Assembly: GCA_016839445.1 (NCBI GenBank)
Contig: JAEOUG010000039.1
Location: forward strand, 2,933-66,932
DNA length: 64,000 bases
Direction of reading: 5' to 3'
Source: Candidatus Thorarchaeota archaeon
GTDB lineage: Archaea; Asgardarchaeota; Thorarchaeia; Thorarchaeales; Thorarchaeaceae
Both the position numbers and the translations under genes were made by a program. Below the pieces are notes generated by a model. It saw nothing but the letters and a program-made list of their open reading frames with translations, made no database searches and was not told where the DNA came from. This document shows positions 1 through 10,460 of this stretch, in pieces. Position 1 is the first letter of the stretch. Each line of letters opens with the position of its first letter.

Positions 1-2
1 TG

Positions 3-455
3 CCGCAGGCAGAGGACGAGTGGTTCTATCTAGAAGCCCACCGCAAACCACTCAAGAGCGACGCAGAAACGACTGCGTGCATTTTCTATAACGAGGAAGC
101 CAATGGATGCGAGATTCGCTACTCCCGGCCCATCTCCTGTCGCACTTACCCTCTAGCGTACGATGGTGAGAAGTTCTATGTTCTCACGAAGGACTGTCCG
201 GGAGTCGGCAAGGGGGAGATATCCAAGGAGGCGCTCAAGGACTTGAGAGACCTGGCGGAGCAGGACTACAGGGAGAGAATGGAAACAGATTCTGCCCTCC
301 CAGCCATCTACTCGGTGTTCATGGCACAGATGGTTCGACAGTCGGCCCAGGCCATGAGCAGGATGTCCGAAGAAGACCGCAAGAAGATGGAAGAACTCCT
401 CTCCAAGGAACGCCAAAACGGCGAAACTGACGAATCACAGCAGGGGCAGGACTAG
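3..455 (+). CDS. YkgJ/UPF0153-family Cys-cluster protein, 5'-truncated by the window edge
   Basis: Frame 3 is open from the window edge to TAG at 453-455. My translation reads ...TACIFYNEEANGCEIRYSRPISCRTYPLAYDGEKFYVLTKDCPGVGKG..., a YkgJ-like C-terminal Cys pattern. The listed ORF 243..455 is only its Met-initiated tail. Confidence 0.6.
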   Translation, partial: PQAEDEWFYLEAHRKPLKSDAETTACIFYNEEANGCEIRYSRPISCRTYPLAYDGEKFYVLTKDCPGVGKGEISKEALKDLRDLAEQDYRERMETDSALPAIYSVFMAQMVRQSAQAMSRMSEEDRKKMEELLSKERQNGETDESQQGQD

Positions 456-463
456 CAGAGCCT

Positions 464-1573
464 CTATATTGGGATTTCAATGAAGTCCCTTGGAGAGAAG
501 GTAAGAAGATCAACACCGCTCTCAGTGATGCACACGAGATCTTCAATGCGTATCCCGAAGTTCCCTTCTATGTAGATTCCTGGCTCCACACTATGGCACA
601 TCCCAGGGAGGAGCTCCGTTGGGTTGCCCCTGACGATGTAGGGAGGCTCGTGAACCTCAAGCCCAATGCCATGACCAAGACGATGCGTGAACTCCTCTCC
701 ATATCCTGCATCTTCGATTATCCTGCGAGCTATGCCATCTGCAGCGCCACAGGCAAGCCCTGAGCGAATCTTCTCGAGGGCGGTCTCCTCAGCCTTGAGG
801 ACAATATCATAGACGCGCTCCATCTCTTCAGTCGGTTCTCCAACGACTCCGACTCGTGTCTGGTCTGTGTTGTAGCCTTCAATAGAACAGCCGCAGTCCA
901 TCAAGACTAAGTCGTTCTTCCGAAGTAGGCGGCTTCCCGAGTCGTGATGTGGCCGAGCGCTGTTTTCGCCGAATTGGACAGCGGCAAAGGTTGGGGTCGC
1001 ACCAAGCTGTATGATCTCGTTCTGGACAATCTGCCTCACCTCGACTTCAGACATGCCAACTCTTGCTTCTCGAAATGCCTTCATCATTGCAGCATCAATT
1101 ACCTTGCCTGCCCGCTTCATGAGTGCGATTTCTTCGCCGGACTTACGTAGTCGAAGTGATGAGATTAGGGGGGTTATTGATGCGCTGCTCTTGAAGCCTC
1201 GAAAAGCCTTCTGGAGATTCCAGAACACTCCAAGAGGCATGGCGTCATTCATCAACACAGCAGACTCGCCAGCCTGCGTCCCAGATGCGGCAGCCACCAA
1301 CCCGTAAGGGTCATCCTCCTCTGCCCAAGGAGAGAAGTCCTGTATCCATGTGTGAGCAGCGTGGTCCGACTCCTCGAAGGCGGGAACAACCAGAAGAGGG
1401 TTGGCCGCAGGCTTCACAATCAGGGCGACAAGCCTCTCGCGCATTTCATAGTCAATCCCGGTGAGGTACTGAAAAGCCGGGGAAGGAGTGAGAATGGCCA
1501 TTGTGGCGCCGGTATCAGCAAGATGCTTCTGTATTCTGCCCATACGCTCGTGGTAGACGGCTCGATCGAGCAT
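464..1573 (-). CDS. Xaa-Pro dipeptidase / aminopeptidase P (peptidase M24B)
   Basis: 369-aa ORF with pita-bread metal-site motifs: DCGCSIEGYNTDQTR, HRLGHGIGLEVHEPPYI and VEPGIYIEGNFGIRIED. Confidence 0.9.
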   Translation of the reverse strand: MLDRAVYHERMGRIQKHLADTGATMAILTPSPAFQYLTGIDYEMRERLVALIVKPAANPLLVVPAFEESDHAAHTWIQDFSPWAEEDDPYGLVAAASGTQAGESAVLMNDAMPLGVFWNLQKAFRGFKSSASITPLISSLRLRKSGEEIALMKRAGKVIDAAMMKAFREARVGMSEVEVRQIVQNEIIQLGATPTFAAVQFGENSARPHHDSGSRLLRKNDLVLMDCGCSIEGYNTDQTRVGVVGEPTEEMERVYDIVLKAEETALEKIRSGLACGAADGIARRIIEDAGYGEEFTHRLGHGIGLEVHEPPYIVRGNPTELLPGMCHSVEPGIYIEGNFGIRIEDLVCITESGVDLLTFSPRDFIEIPI

Positions 1574-1659
1574 GGTTCGTAATCACAACCAGAGAGGCTA
1601 GTAGAGAGTCTTCTAGATAACAATGACGGTAAGAGAGGAATCCCCAGAACTAGAGTTAA

Positions 1660-3078
1660 ATGGGGGTCTCTTTGGGGTCTGCGCTAAGAAGGCACTCTAC
1701 CATGACCGAGCTGGACATCGTCGAAGATGAGAAGACTCTCCCAGCCAGTGCCTATCTCGTTGGAGCGTTGACCCAGTTCGCAGTGGGGCTCCACGCCCCG
1801 TTCCTCCAGACATACCTCATCGACATGCAGCTCAATCTTAGAGGAGTCATGAACTTCGCAGAGATTGGTGCCTTCAGAAGCATGGGAAACGTGGCTCCAA
1901 CCCTCCTTCAGCCGGCATGGGGAGCTGCTTCTGACAAGATTGGCCGTATGAAGTACTTCGTGGCATTCGGGACTCTCACAGGTCTCCTCACGGTGTACCT
2001 CTTCCTCTGGAGTCCAACCCCAGTCGACCTAATCTTGTTGTACGGCATCCAGTCGATTCTCTTCAGCATTCAGATTCCAACTTGGCTCTCATTGATAAGT
2101 GGGCTCATGGGCGAACGCAACAGGGGAAGCGAACTAGGTAAACTTGGGATGGTCACTAACGTCGCCTCCCTGACTGCAACTCTCGCATCGGGTTTTCTTG
2201 CAGGGTTCCCTGCGCTCATTGATGGAATTCGTATGCTTCTGGGGCCAATAGGGCCGGTTCTTCTCCCACCCGTTGATGTCTGGCGGGAGCCCTATTATGT
2301 TCCGTTCTATCTCGTTGCCATTGTCGGCATCGCATCGTCGATTCTCACACTCATGATCAGAGAGAGAAAGAGGGAAGACTCGATTGTCCGGAAGTTGCCA
2401 CCATTACATCGACTCCTGACACGGCCCGGCGACTTCAGAAGATTCTCCTTCATTGCAGTATTCTTCTCCTTTGCGATGTCAATGGCATGGCCATTCTTCA
2501 TCGTTGTGCAACGTGACTGGTTGGGCAACTCCCTACTGGAGATAGCCATTGCATCTGCTATCATGACGCTGTCTACCATCGTATTCACGATTCCTATGGG
2601 GCGTTTGAGTGATCGTGTAGGAAGAAAGCCAATGATACTCGTTGGTAGAGGCCTCCTCTTCATGGTCCCGCTCATGTACGCCTTTTCCGGTAGCATTGGC
2701 GGAGTCTACATGATCTATGGAGCAAACGCCGTGGCGGGCTTTTGTACAGCTTCTTCGGTGAATGCGATAACTGCCTACATCTATGACGTCTCGCCTCGCA
2801 ATGAGAGAGGCTCTCATCTAGCAGTCTACAATACCTTCACGGGACTGATCTACTTGGCGGGATCGTTTGGCGCCGGCATCTTGGGAGAGCTCATCTCAGG
2901 CATTATTGGAAGCCAGTATCTCGCAGTCTTCATCATGATGATTCTAAGTAGTGCGCTCAGATTCGTGGCATCATTCTTCTTCTTGATGATTAGAGAGCCA
3001 AAGGAGTATGAGTCGACTTTGAGGCTTGAACTGGCATCCCTTCTGCACAGAAGGAGACATGATGCGGATACTGTCTAG
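1660..3078 (+). CDS. MFS transporter
   Basis: 472-aa ORF with about 12 hydrophobic segments. MFS motif-A-like loops are ASDKIGRMKY and GRLSDRVGRKP. An alternative ATG lies at 1702. Confidence 0.8.
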   Translation: MGVSLGSALRRHSTMTELDIVEDEKTLPASAYLVGALTQFAVGLHAPFLQTYLIDMQLNLRGVMNFAEIGAFRSMGNVAPTLLQPAWGAASDKIGRMKYFVAFGTLTGLLTVYLFLWSPTPVDLILLYGIQSILFSIQIPTWLSLISGLMGERNRGSELGKLGMVTNVASLTATLASGFLAGFPALIDGIRMLLGPIGPVLLPPVDVWREPYYVPFYLVAIVGIASSILTLMIRERKREDSIVRKLPPLHRLLTRPGDFRRFSFIAVFFSFAMSMAWPFFIVVQRDWLGNSLLEIAIASAIMTLSTIVFTIPMGRLSDRVGRKPMILVGRGLLFMVPLMYAFSGSIGGVYMIYGANAVAGFCTASSVNAITAYIYDVSPRNERGSHLAVYNTFTGLIYLAGSFGAGILGELISGIIGSQYLAVFIMMILSSALRFVASFFFLMIREPKEYESTLRLELASLLHRRRHDADTV

Positions 3079-3133
3079 AACAGACATACTTAAGGATGCA
3101 TGCGCAGAACTGGATTGACGACAGCAGCGAGGA

Positions 3134-3496
3134 TTGCGCAAAGTGTCCAAGAGCCCATCCTTTGAAGACACCTGGAGGATCCAGATGAGAAGAGGTATTC
3201 TCCAGTATGCAGTCTTGGCTGTCGTGCAGCGGCACATGGATGGGATTCATGGGTATGGAATAGCCCGTGAACTTGAGGAGCGAACCGATGGATTGCTTGA
3301 GGTGAAGGAGGGCACTCTTTATCCAATCCTTCACCGATTGAAGAAGGAACGTCTAGTGAACGTTCGCACAGAGGAGTCCGAATCCGGGCCCAAGAGGAAG
3401 GTGTACGTCCTGACAGGAGAGGGAGACCGGGTCTATCGGGAGCTTTCAAAGGTTCTTGGCGACATCTATGAGAAGCTGAGGGAGTTGCAGAAATGA
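3134..3496 (+). CDS. PadR-family transcriptional regulator
   Basis: Contains GYGIARELEERTDGLLEVKEGTLYPILHRLKKERLV...RKVYVLTGEG, the typical PadR winged helix. Confidence 0.9.
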   Translation: MRKVSKSPSFEDTWRIQMRRGILQYAVLAVVQRHMDGIHGYGIARELEERTDGLLEVKEGTLYPILHRLKKERLVNVRTEESESGPKRKVYVLTGEGDRVYRELSKVLGDIYEKLRELQK

Positions 3497-3933
3497 CTGA
3501 AGACCAAGTCAAACGGAAGATTGACGAATTCATCAAGAGGACCAGACGTCTGCTTCCAGACGGTTTCGAAACAGATGACATCCTCGACGACCTGAAAGCG
3601 CACATCCATGACTCATTGACTGACAAGAGGGAGGAATATCCAGATGCAGATCCTATCCTACTGCTAAAGGAAGTCCTAGAAGAGATCGGGACCCCCGAAG
3701 ACATTGCAGAGGAGTACCGGTCAGAGCAAGTGGTCTCTGAAGAGAAGCCGAATCTATCTGAAAAGTGGATCAGGTACGTGATGCGCCTTACGGCGGCGGT
3801 TCTTGTGGCCGTGTTGGCCGCCTGGATTGTCGCGAGCCTTGGACTGGTTGACTTCATGTCGGCCGTAGTCATTCTCATAGCCTTCGCATTCATCGAGTGG
3901 TGGGTAAGAGGAAAGCAGACTGCGACGGCATAG
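3493..3933 (+). CDS. PadR-associated membrane protein (DUF1700/HAAS-like)
   Basis: Its start overlaps the padR stop as ATGA. The helical N-terminus reads MTEDQVKRKIDEFIKRTRRLLPDG...EDIAEEY, followed by two C-terminal TM helices. Confidence 0.65.
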   Translation: MTEDQVKRKIDEFIKRTRRLLPDGFETDDILDDLKAHIHDSLTDKREEYPDADPILLLKEVLEEIGTPEDIAEEYRSEQVVSEEKPNLSEKWIRYVMRLTAAVLVAVLAAWIVASLGLVDFMSAVVILIAFAFIEWWVRGKQTATA

Positions 3934-3975
3934 CCATCTGAGAAACCTTTTGAGGAGGGGAGCCTTTGCTCAATC

Positions 3976-4545
3976 ATGGACCTCACTACTGTGTACTTCG
4001 ACGAAGCTTCCCCGGATCATACTGATTCTGTTCTGGCAATTGTCAAGAAGTATCTTGAAGGGAACGGCGGCCTAAAGAACATCCTCGTCGCAACGACGGA
4101 AGGATCCACAGGACTGGCCGCGGCAAAGGCCCTCAAGGAGTGGAATGTGGTCGCAGTAAGCCATCAGGTCGGTTTCAAAGAGCCGAACCAGAGCGAGCTA
4201 ATAGATGAGATCAGGAGGGCGATTGAGGCCGAGGGCGCAGTAGTACTGACTGCAACACACGCCTTCGCGGGAGTAGCACGCAGCTTCAGACGAGAACTCG
4301 GGACTTGGACACCAGCAGAGATGATGGCTGTAGCCTTCAGGACATTCGGTCAAGGAACAAAGGTGTGCGCAGAGATAGCTATGATGGCTGCAGACGCAGG
4401 TCTCGTTCGGACAGATGAAGACGTAGTCTGTATCGCTGGCACGGGAAGAGGCGCAGATACAGCTTGGGTTGTCAGACCAACCAACACTCACATGTTTCCA
4501 AGACTGAGAATGAGAGCGTGCCTATGCAAGCCGATGGACTTCTAG
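3976..4545 (+). CDS. Pyruvate kinase C-terminal (alpha/beta) domain-like protein
   Basis: 189 aa with VATTEGSTGLAAAKAL...HQVGFKEPNQ...THAFAGV...FGQGTKVCAEIAMMAADAGL...IAGTGRGADTA. This is the pattern I know from archaeal stand-alone PK_C-like proteins. Confidence 0.7.
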   Translation: MDLTTVYFDEASPDHTDSVLAIVKKYLEGNGGLKNILVATTEGSTGLAAAKALKEWNVVAVSHQVGFKEPNQSELIDEIRRAIEAEGAVVLTATHAFAGVARSFRRELGTWTPAEMMAVAFRTFGQGTKVCAEIAMMAADAGLVRTDEDVVCIAGTGRGADTAWVVRPTNTHMFPRLRMRACLCKPMDF

Positions 4546-5576
4546 GTGAAGACTGATTCGAAGTCCTTCAGATACTCCCTTTGCTGTTTCGTTGTCTTCT
4601 TTGGGACTGCTATCTTCACTCTGACTAACTGGTCGCCTTTGCGACTGTCAGTGTGAACTCCCTTCCCTTTCATTCGGAGAACAGCGCCGCTTTCCGTACC
4701 ACTTGACACCTTCACCATAGAGTTCCCCCTCATTGTGGGGACTTCGATCTCCCCACCCAGAACGGCCACAGAGAAGGGGATTTCATGCTCCATATAGACA
4801 TGGAGACCTCGACGTACAAAGATGTGATGCGGCTCCACGGAGTAGACAACAATTAGGTCACCGTGAGGCCCTCCACGGGGCCCAGCACTACCTGCACCTC
4901 GTATCCTAACAGCTTGTCCATCCTCAACTCCAGCAGGAACAGGTATCTTGAGTTCCTGAGCATCCTTCCGAAGGCCGGTTCCCTTGCACTTCGGACAAGG
5001 GCTCCCGATAGTCTGTCCTTGTCCCGAGCACGTAGGACATGTCTGGGCCACGCTCATGAAGCCCATGCTTCGCACAACTTGACCTCTGCCCCTGCATGTC
5101 GGGCATGTGCTTGGCGATGTTCCAGGTGCGGCTCCAGAACCACTGCACTCCTCGCAGGTTGTTCTTCGATTGTAGCGGATCTCCTTCTCTGTGCCGAAGA
5201 AGGCCTCGTCGAAACTTGCTTCTATGGTGACTCGCAGAGTCTGTCCAGGAGGGGGTCCTGCTCGCCCTCTCCTTCCGAAGCCGAAGTCGTCGAAGCCGAA
5301 ACCCCTGAAGAGCGAGCCAAAGAGGTCACCGAAGCCATCCATGTCGATGCCCTGGAAATCAGCGGTACCCCACCTATCGTAGTTAGCACGCTTCTCGGGG
5401 TCGCCCAGCACTTCGTAGGCTTCGTTAATCTGCTTCAGTCGTTCCTCAGAAGACTTGTCTCCAGGGTTACGATCAGGGTGGTGCTTCGCGGCAAGAGAAC
5501 GATAGGCCTTCTTGATCTCATCCTGAGTAGCACTCTTGCTAACCCCCAGAATCGAATAGAAGTCGTCCTCGGCCAA
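4542..5576 (-). CDS. dnaJ: Chaperone DnaJ (Hsp40)
   Basis: J domain DFYSILGV...HPDRNPGD, a G/F-rich linker, and four CxxCxGxG zinc repeats (CEECSGSG, CPTCRGRG, CPTCSGQG, CPKCKGTG). Confidence 0.95.
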   Translation of the reverse strand: MAEDDFYSILGVSKSATQDEIKKAYRSLAAKHHPDRNPGDKSSEERLKQINEAYEVLGDPEKRANYDRWGTADFQGIDMDGFGDLFGSLFRGFGFDDFGFGRRGRAGPPPGQTLRVTIEASFDEAFFGTEKEIRYNRRTTCEECSGSGAAPGTSPSTCPTCRGRGQVVRSMGFMSVAQTCPTCSGQGQTIGSPCPKCKGTGLRKDAQELKIPVPAGVEDGQAVRIRGAGSAGPRGGPHGDLIVVYSVEPHHIFVRRGLHVYMEHEIPFSVAVLGGEIEVPTMRGNSMVKVSSGTESGAVLRMKGKGVHTDSRKGDQLVRVKIAVPKKTTKQQREYLKDFESVFT

Positions 5577-5599
5577 GATTATTCACCACGTCATGCGGA

Positions 5600-7498
5600 T
5601 CAGTCTAGGTCCTCGAAGTCGACATCGACGACATCTTCCTCATCGACATCGCTCTTCTTGGAGGAAGTCGGACCCGGTTGGGTCCCCGCGCCAGCCATCT
5701 TCGTCGGATCGAATCCCATGCTGCCTGGGTCAAACCCGGCACCCTGTGGACCAGCTGCTCCGTAGGCCTTCTCGGAAATCTTGTAGATGATCTGCTGAAG
5801 TTCATCAGTTCCAGATTTCATCTTCGCGAAGTCCTCAGCCTCGATGGCTTTGTTGAGTTCCTCGGACTTAGTCTCGACCTGCTTCTTAAGGTCGTCCGGC
5901 ACCTTGTCCCCGAGTTCCTTGACAAGCTTCTTCGCCTGATAGACCATCTGCTCAGCCATGTTCTTGGTCTCGACCTCGGTCTTCCTCTTCTCATCTTCTT
6001 CTAGATACTTCTCGGCGTCCTTGACCATCCGATTCACTTCTTGGTCAGAGAGGTTAGTACTAGCAGTGATTGTCATGGACTGCTCGTTGCCAGTCGCCAA
6101 GTCCTTGGCCTTCACCTTGACGATCCCGTTTGCATCTATGTCGAACGTGACCTCAATCTGAGGTATGCCCATCGGTGCCGGTGGTATTCCCACCAGCTGG
6201 AACGTGCCTAGAGTCATGTTGTCTGCCACGAACTTCCGTTCACCTTGAACGACGTGGATATCGACCGCAGTCTGTCCGTCAGCCGCCGTAGTAAACACCT
6301 TGCTCTTCTTCGTAGGGATCGTGGTGTTCCTCTCGATTAGAGGAGTTGCGACTCCACCCTTGGTCTCGATGCTCAGTGTCAGTGGTGTGACATCTAGGAG
6401 GATAATGTCCTTGACTTCGCCAGAGAGGACTCCGGCCTGTGCTCCAGCCCCTAGGGCAACGCACTCATCCGGGTTTATGCTCTTATCGCCCTCCTTGCCA
6501 AAGATTGCCCGAATGATGTTCTGAATCATCGGCATCCGTGTGGCGCCGCCAACCAAGAGGATCTTGCCTACGCTCTCAGCCTCCAGCTTGGCATCCGTGA
6601 GTGCCTGTCTGATAGGACCAATTGTGGCCTGAACTAGGTCTTCGGTCATCTGCTCAAACTTGGATCGAGTGAGGTCGATGTTGATGTGCTTGGGCCCTGT
6701 GTCGGTCGCAGTGATGTAGGGCAGATTGATGTTCGTCTGCATCACAGTTGAGAGTTCGATCTTCGCCTGTTCTGCTGCATCTCGGATTCTCTGCATGGCG
6801 GAGAGGTCCTTGGTGATATCAACACCGGACTCCTTCTTGAACTCCTCCACAATCCAGTTGATTACTCGCTGATCCCAATCGTCACCCCCGAGCTGGGTGT
6901 TGCCACTTGTTGAGAGGACTTCATAGACTGTTTCACCCTCAACCTGCCCGATGTCGAGTACCGTAACGTCGAATGTGCCGCCTCCGAGATCGTAGACTAG
7001 TACCTTGACCTCGTCACCCTTCTCAAGGTTGTATGCTAGAGCAGAGGCGGTCGGTTCGTTGACAATCCGGAGGACTTCGAGACCTGCAATCTTGCCAGCA
7101 TCCTTCGTTGCCTTCCGCTGGCTATCATTGAAATACGCAGGCACGGTGATTACGGCCTTCTTGATTTCATGACCTAGGAAGGCTTCAGCATCTCTCTTCA
7201 TCTTGGTGAGAATCATCGCAGAGATCTCCTGGGGAGTGTACTCCTTGTCGCCAATCCTCACTCTGTAATCTTGGCCCATCTTTCGCTTGATGGAACGGAC
7301 TGTCCTGTCCGGCATTGAGACTGCCTGTCTCTTTGCGATCTCTCCCACGACAACCTCTCCCTTGGGTGTTATTCCCACAACAGATGGTGTCAGCCTCTTG
7401 CCTTCAGCGTTAGGGATGATTGTGGGCTTGCCTCCTTCCATGTAGGCAATGCCGCTATTCGTTGTTCCAAGGTCAATTCCTACTACTATTTCCTTCAT
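5600..7498 (-). CDS. dnaK: Chaperone DnaK (Hsp70)
   Basis: 632 aa with [40 protein letters not shown] and LVGGATRMP. Confidence 0.97.
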   Translation of the reverse strand: MKEIVVGIDLGTTNSGIAYMEGGKPTIIPNAEGKRLTPSVVGITPKGEVVVGEIAKRQAVSMPDRTVRSIKRKMGQDYRVRIGDKEYTPQEISAMILTKMKRDAEAFLGHEIKKAVITVPAYFNDSQRKATKDAGKIAGLEVLRIVNEPTASALAYNLEKGDEVKVLVYDLGGGTFDVTVLDIGQVEGETVYEVLSTSGNTQLGGDDWDQRVINWIVEEFKKESGVDITKDLSAMQRIRDAAEQAKIELSTVMQTNINLPYITATDTGPKHINIDLTRSKFEQMTEDLVQATIGPIRQALTDAKLEAESVGKILLVGGATRMPMIQNIIRAIFGKEGDKSINPDECVALGAGAQAGVLSGEVKDIILLDVTPLTLSIETKGGVATPLIERNTTIPTKKSKVFTTAADGQTAVDIHVVQGERKFVADNMTLGTFQLVGIPPAPMGIPQIEVTFDIDANGIVKVKAKDLATGNEQSMTITASTNLSDQEVNRMVKDAEKYLEEDEKRKTEVETKNMAEQMVYQAKKLVKELGDKVPDDLKKQVETKSEELNKAIEAEDFAKMKSGTDELQQIIYKISEKAYGAAGPQGAGFDPGSMGFDPTKMAGAGTQPGPTSSKKSDVDEEDVVDVDFEDLD

Positions 7499-8109
7499 TT
7501 GTCTTCACCATTGTCTTCTGGCTTCACCTGAACACTGTCTTCTGCTGAGTCGGACTCATGACGGTTGACACACACCACGGCGGGGCGGAGAACCTTCTCG
7601 CGTATCATGTAGCCCCGTTGGTACTCCTCTGTAATCACACCGTCGGGCTTCTCAGAGTCGTTTGTAGTGCGAACTGCATGCTGATAGTATGGATCGAAGA
7701 CCTTTCCAAGAGACTCAATCGGACGGACCTCCTCAGCTTGGAGCAGCTTGTCAGTCTGCTTCAGAATCCCCTCGATTCCCGCCTTCGCAGAAGACGGGTC
7801 CTTGGCGAAGTCCACCTCTAGAGCCCGTTCCATGTTGTCCCTGATCTCGATAACCTTCAGCATGATACCTTCACCGGCGAATCTCGCCGCCTCAGTGAAG
7901 CGCGCATCCATGCGCTTGCGGTAGTTCTCGAACTCTGCCTGGAGGCGCTGGAGTCTGTCAAGGAACTCATTAGACTTCTCGGTCTCCTGCCTCAGGAGTG
8001 CCTCCATTTTGTCATCTGGGGACAGCTCAAACTCAGTCTCAGAAGATTCTCCGTTGTCCTCAGGCATTTCCAAGTCTACCTCTTGACGCTCTTCGTCACT
8101 ACCTGGCAT
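7495..8109 (-). CDS. grpE: Nucleotide exchange factor GrpE
   Basis: Overlaps the dnaK start by 4 nt. It has an acidic N-terminus, a coiled coil, and the motifs FDPYYQHAV and [14 protein letters not shown]. Confidence 0.9.
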   Translation of the reverse strand: MPGSDEERQEVDLEMPEDNGESSETEFELSPDDKMEALLRQETEKSNEFLDRLQRLQAEFENYRKRMDARFTEAARFAGEGIMLKVIEIRDNMERALEVDFAKDPSSAKAGIEGILKQTDKLLQAEEVRPIESLGKVFDPYYQHAVRTTNDSEKPDGVITEEYQRGYMIREKVLRPAVVCVNRHESDSAEDSVQVKPEDNGEDK

Positions 8110-8312
8110 TGGTATTCACTCTGCAGTTCCAGTGCGAACATCAGCCAACAATTCGTACAGAAGGGACACCGACACAGAAATGCCGGCAGAGGGCATGCCG
8201 AAAGGGGCAGTCGCCCTCGGTGACTCGGGCCGACTCCACTGTCCTACAAAGAAAAACTTTTCGTCTTGACCAGCAAGCCCTTAACATGGAACAGGAATAG
8301 CGTGAAACAGCG

Positions 8313-9074
8313 ATGACGGACAACCACACATCATTGGAGGATGGGATTCGAGAGGCAAGAGCACTTGTAGAGTCGTCATCAAGAATCGTCGCTCTGACAG
8401 GCGCGGGAATCAGCGTTGACTCGGGCATTCCTGACTTCAGGTCAGAGGGGGGTCTCTGGAAAAGGTTCGATCCTCATGAATATGCCACCATAGAGAGCTT
8501 CGAAAGGAATCCAGAGAAGTTCTGGACAATGGGTAGAGAGCTCGCTGAGACCATTCTGCTTGCCAAACCGAATGAGGCCCACAGTGCCTTGGCAAAGCTA
8601 GAGGATAGCGGGAAGCTCTGCTGTGTGATCACGCAGAACATCGACAACCTTCACCAAGCTGCTGGAAGTAGGGAGGTGATTGAACTACACGGGAACTACC
8701 TCCGTGCCTACTGTACTTCATGTAAGGCTGAATACGTAGGCGATGAAGTCCACAGAGGTGTGGCAAGAGGCGACATCCCCCCGAAGTGCGAGAAGTGCGG
8801 AGGGATTCTGAAGTCTGAAGCCATTCTCTTCGGTGAACCCCTGCCAAAGGGACCTATGGAACATGCCATCAAGGCATGCAGAGAAGCTGACCTTCTCTTG
8901 GTCATAGGCACAAGCCTCTCTGTGTATCCTGTGGCATTCCTCCCTCAACTGGCAAAAGACAGTGGTGCGAGAGTGATTCTAGTCAACTTGGAAGGCACCA
9001 ATCGTGATGGAGTGGCAGACATCGTCTTGAGGGGCAGGGCAACCCATCTGCTGCCTAGCATCATCGGAGTCTAG
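8313..9074 (+). CDS. cobB: NAD-dependent protein deacylase, Sir2 family
   Basis: Contains GAGISVDSGIPDFRS, QNIDNLH, a zinc module CTSC...CEKCGG, and GTSLSVYP. Confidence 0.9.
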   Translation: MTDNHTSLEDGIREARALVESSSRIVALTGAGISVDSGIPDFRSEGGLWKRFDPHEYATIESFERNPEKFWTMGRELAETILLAKPNEAHSALAKLEDSGKLCCVITQNIDNLHQAAGSREVIELHGNYLRAYCTSCKAEYVGDEVHRGVARGDIPPKCEKCGGILKSEAILFGEPLPKGPMEHAIKACREADLLLVIGTSLSVYPVAFLPQLAKDSGARVILVNLEGTNRDGVADIVLRGRATHLLPSIIGV

Positions 9075-9403
9075 GTGAGGATGGGAAAGCCAAACCAGGA
9101 GTACACTCCAAGTCCTCCTGGAATAACGATTACAGACAGAAAGACCGTGATGGCACCTACGAGATAGAGATTGTTGTCCATCATCCACAGCCCCAGGTAC
9201 GAGAACGAGTATGATATCACGCAAGCTGTGAAACCAAGGACAATGACTGGTCCAAGTGGAAGTGCAATCGCCAGGAATCCGCCAACGTTCGTCCACAAGA
9301 GGCCTATGTTTAGCACAACAAGGAACCCTCGTACGACTAGGTAAGAAAGAATCGACATGAAGATCCCAAACTGCGAGAATGAGATTCTTGCTGGAAGACT
9401 CAT
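9071..9403 (-). CDS. Small integral membrane protein (hypothetical)
   Basis: 110 aa, almost entirely 3-4 hydrophobic helices. It shows a convergent 4-nt overlap with the Sir2 stop. Confidence 0.5.
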   Translation of the reverse strand: MSLPARISFSQFGIFMSILSYLVVRGFLVVLNIGLLWTNVGGFLAIALPLGPVIVLGFTACVISYSFSYLGLWMMDNNLYLVGAITVFLSVIVIPGGLGVYSWFGFPILT

Positions 9404-9497
9404 AGCGAACTCGTTCCGAGGAGTTCACCTGAGCATTTTATAGTTTCCATCTGAACCCATCGAACACCTTAAACAGATACTCACGGAAGGGAACCAG

Positions 9498-10460
9498 ATG
9501 ACTGACCTCGTGTGGAAGCTTACCAGCGCTAGCCAGCTATCGATGCTGATCGAGGCAAGCTCACCCAAACCAGGCAATGTGAACAGAGTCGCCCAATTCT
9601 CTGACATTAGCTATAGACACTTCCTTGCCAGCTCAGCCATGCTCGCCCATGCACTGCACGCCAGCGCTCTACAAGGAGTCGCCCTAGCAGAAGGGGAGAT
9701 TGATCCACATGAAGTGGGTCTTGGTGGACTTATTCACAGAGCAGTTGCAGAAGCCGCCACTGTTATCGGAAGCAGGAACACCGTACTAGGTACAATACTC
9801 CTCTATGTGCCACTGCTCGTAGGGGTAGGGCATCATCTCACAAGTGCTGGCGAGTTCTCCAAAACTCAGCTCAAGTCGGACCTGCACCGCATACTCGCAG
9901 GGACAACCGTGAAGGATGCCGTCGATCTATACCGCGCCTTCCACATCTGCAGACCGAGCGGGAATATGATACGTCAGGAGCCATCCTGGTCGAAGACTCA
10001 TGACAGATACGACATTGAGAACCCAGATGCCATGAAGAACATCACTGAAGACGGGGTGACACTGCTTGACCTCTTCAGGATATCAGCTCCAGTTGATGAG
10101 ATAGCCAACGAGTGGGCAACGGGTTTTGACTTGGTACTCAATCATGTATATCCCTTCCTTGACAATGTATCAACCGGCATCGAGGACATCGAGGAGGGTG
10201 TGGTCAAAACCTACGTCTGGCTTCTAGCAAGAAGACCAGATGGGCTGATTGTGAAGAAGGCAGGTCTGGACCGTGCCGAGGAGGTTAGGAGTCTTGCATC
10301 CCAAGTCTTGGCAGGCTGGGAGGAAGCCAGAGGCGCGGAGGACCTTCTGAATCGCCTCGATGATGCGCTGAGAAGAGAGGGAAATCTACTAAACCCTGGG
10401 ACCACAGCAGACCTTGTTTCTGCATCAGTGCTGTGCAAACTGACATCGAAGATGCTCTAG
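9498..10460 (+). CDS. Triphosphoribosyl-dephospho-CoA synthase (CitG/MdcB)-like protein
   Basis: 320 aa. The N-terminal EASSPKPGNVNRV...D..YRHFLASS matches the CitG KPGxV(D/N)R signature. Confidence 0.55.
   Translation: MTDLVWKLTSASQLSMLIEASSPKPGNVNRVAQFSDISYRHFLASSAMLAHALHASALQGVALAEGEIDPHEVGLGGLIHRAVAEAATVIGSRNTVLGTILLYVPLLVGVGHHLTSAGEFSKTQLKSDLHRILAGTTVKDAVDLYRAFHICRPSGNMIRQEPSWSKTHDRYDIENPDAMKNITEDGVTLLDLFRISAPVDEIANEWATGFDLVLNHVYPFLDNVSTGIEDIEEGVVKTYVWLLARRPDGLIVKKAGLDRAEEVRSLASQVLAGWEEARGAEDLLNRLDDALRREGNLLNPGTTADLVSASVLCKLTSKML

Noticed and set aside
3090-5765. Long ORFs antisense to recognised genes. Here they are 3090..3986 (-) and 4863..5765 (+). Elsewhere they are 11333..11890, 18139..18627, 23445..24047, 30011..30760, 32954..33691, 42313..42966, 43796..44374 and 48234..48734.
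   Set aside because: Each lies entirely opposite a gene with strong family motifs. Each also has the Ser/Arg/Pro/Leu-rich composition typical of antisense frames, and none shows a recognisable motif.
8113-8138. A CIRCE-like element just upstream of grpE. On the minus strand it reads TTCGCACTG-GAACTGCA-GAGTGAATA, against the consensus TTAGCACTC-N9-GAGTGCTAA.
   Set aside because: Only about 13 of 18 consensus positions match, the spacer is 8 rather than 9 nt, and the arms pair over only 4-5 bp. It ends 3 nt from the ATG, and no hrcA is present. It is probably chance or a decayed relic.
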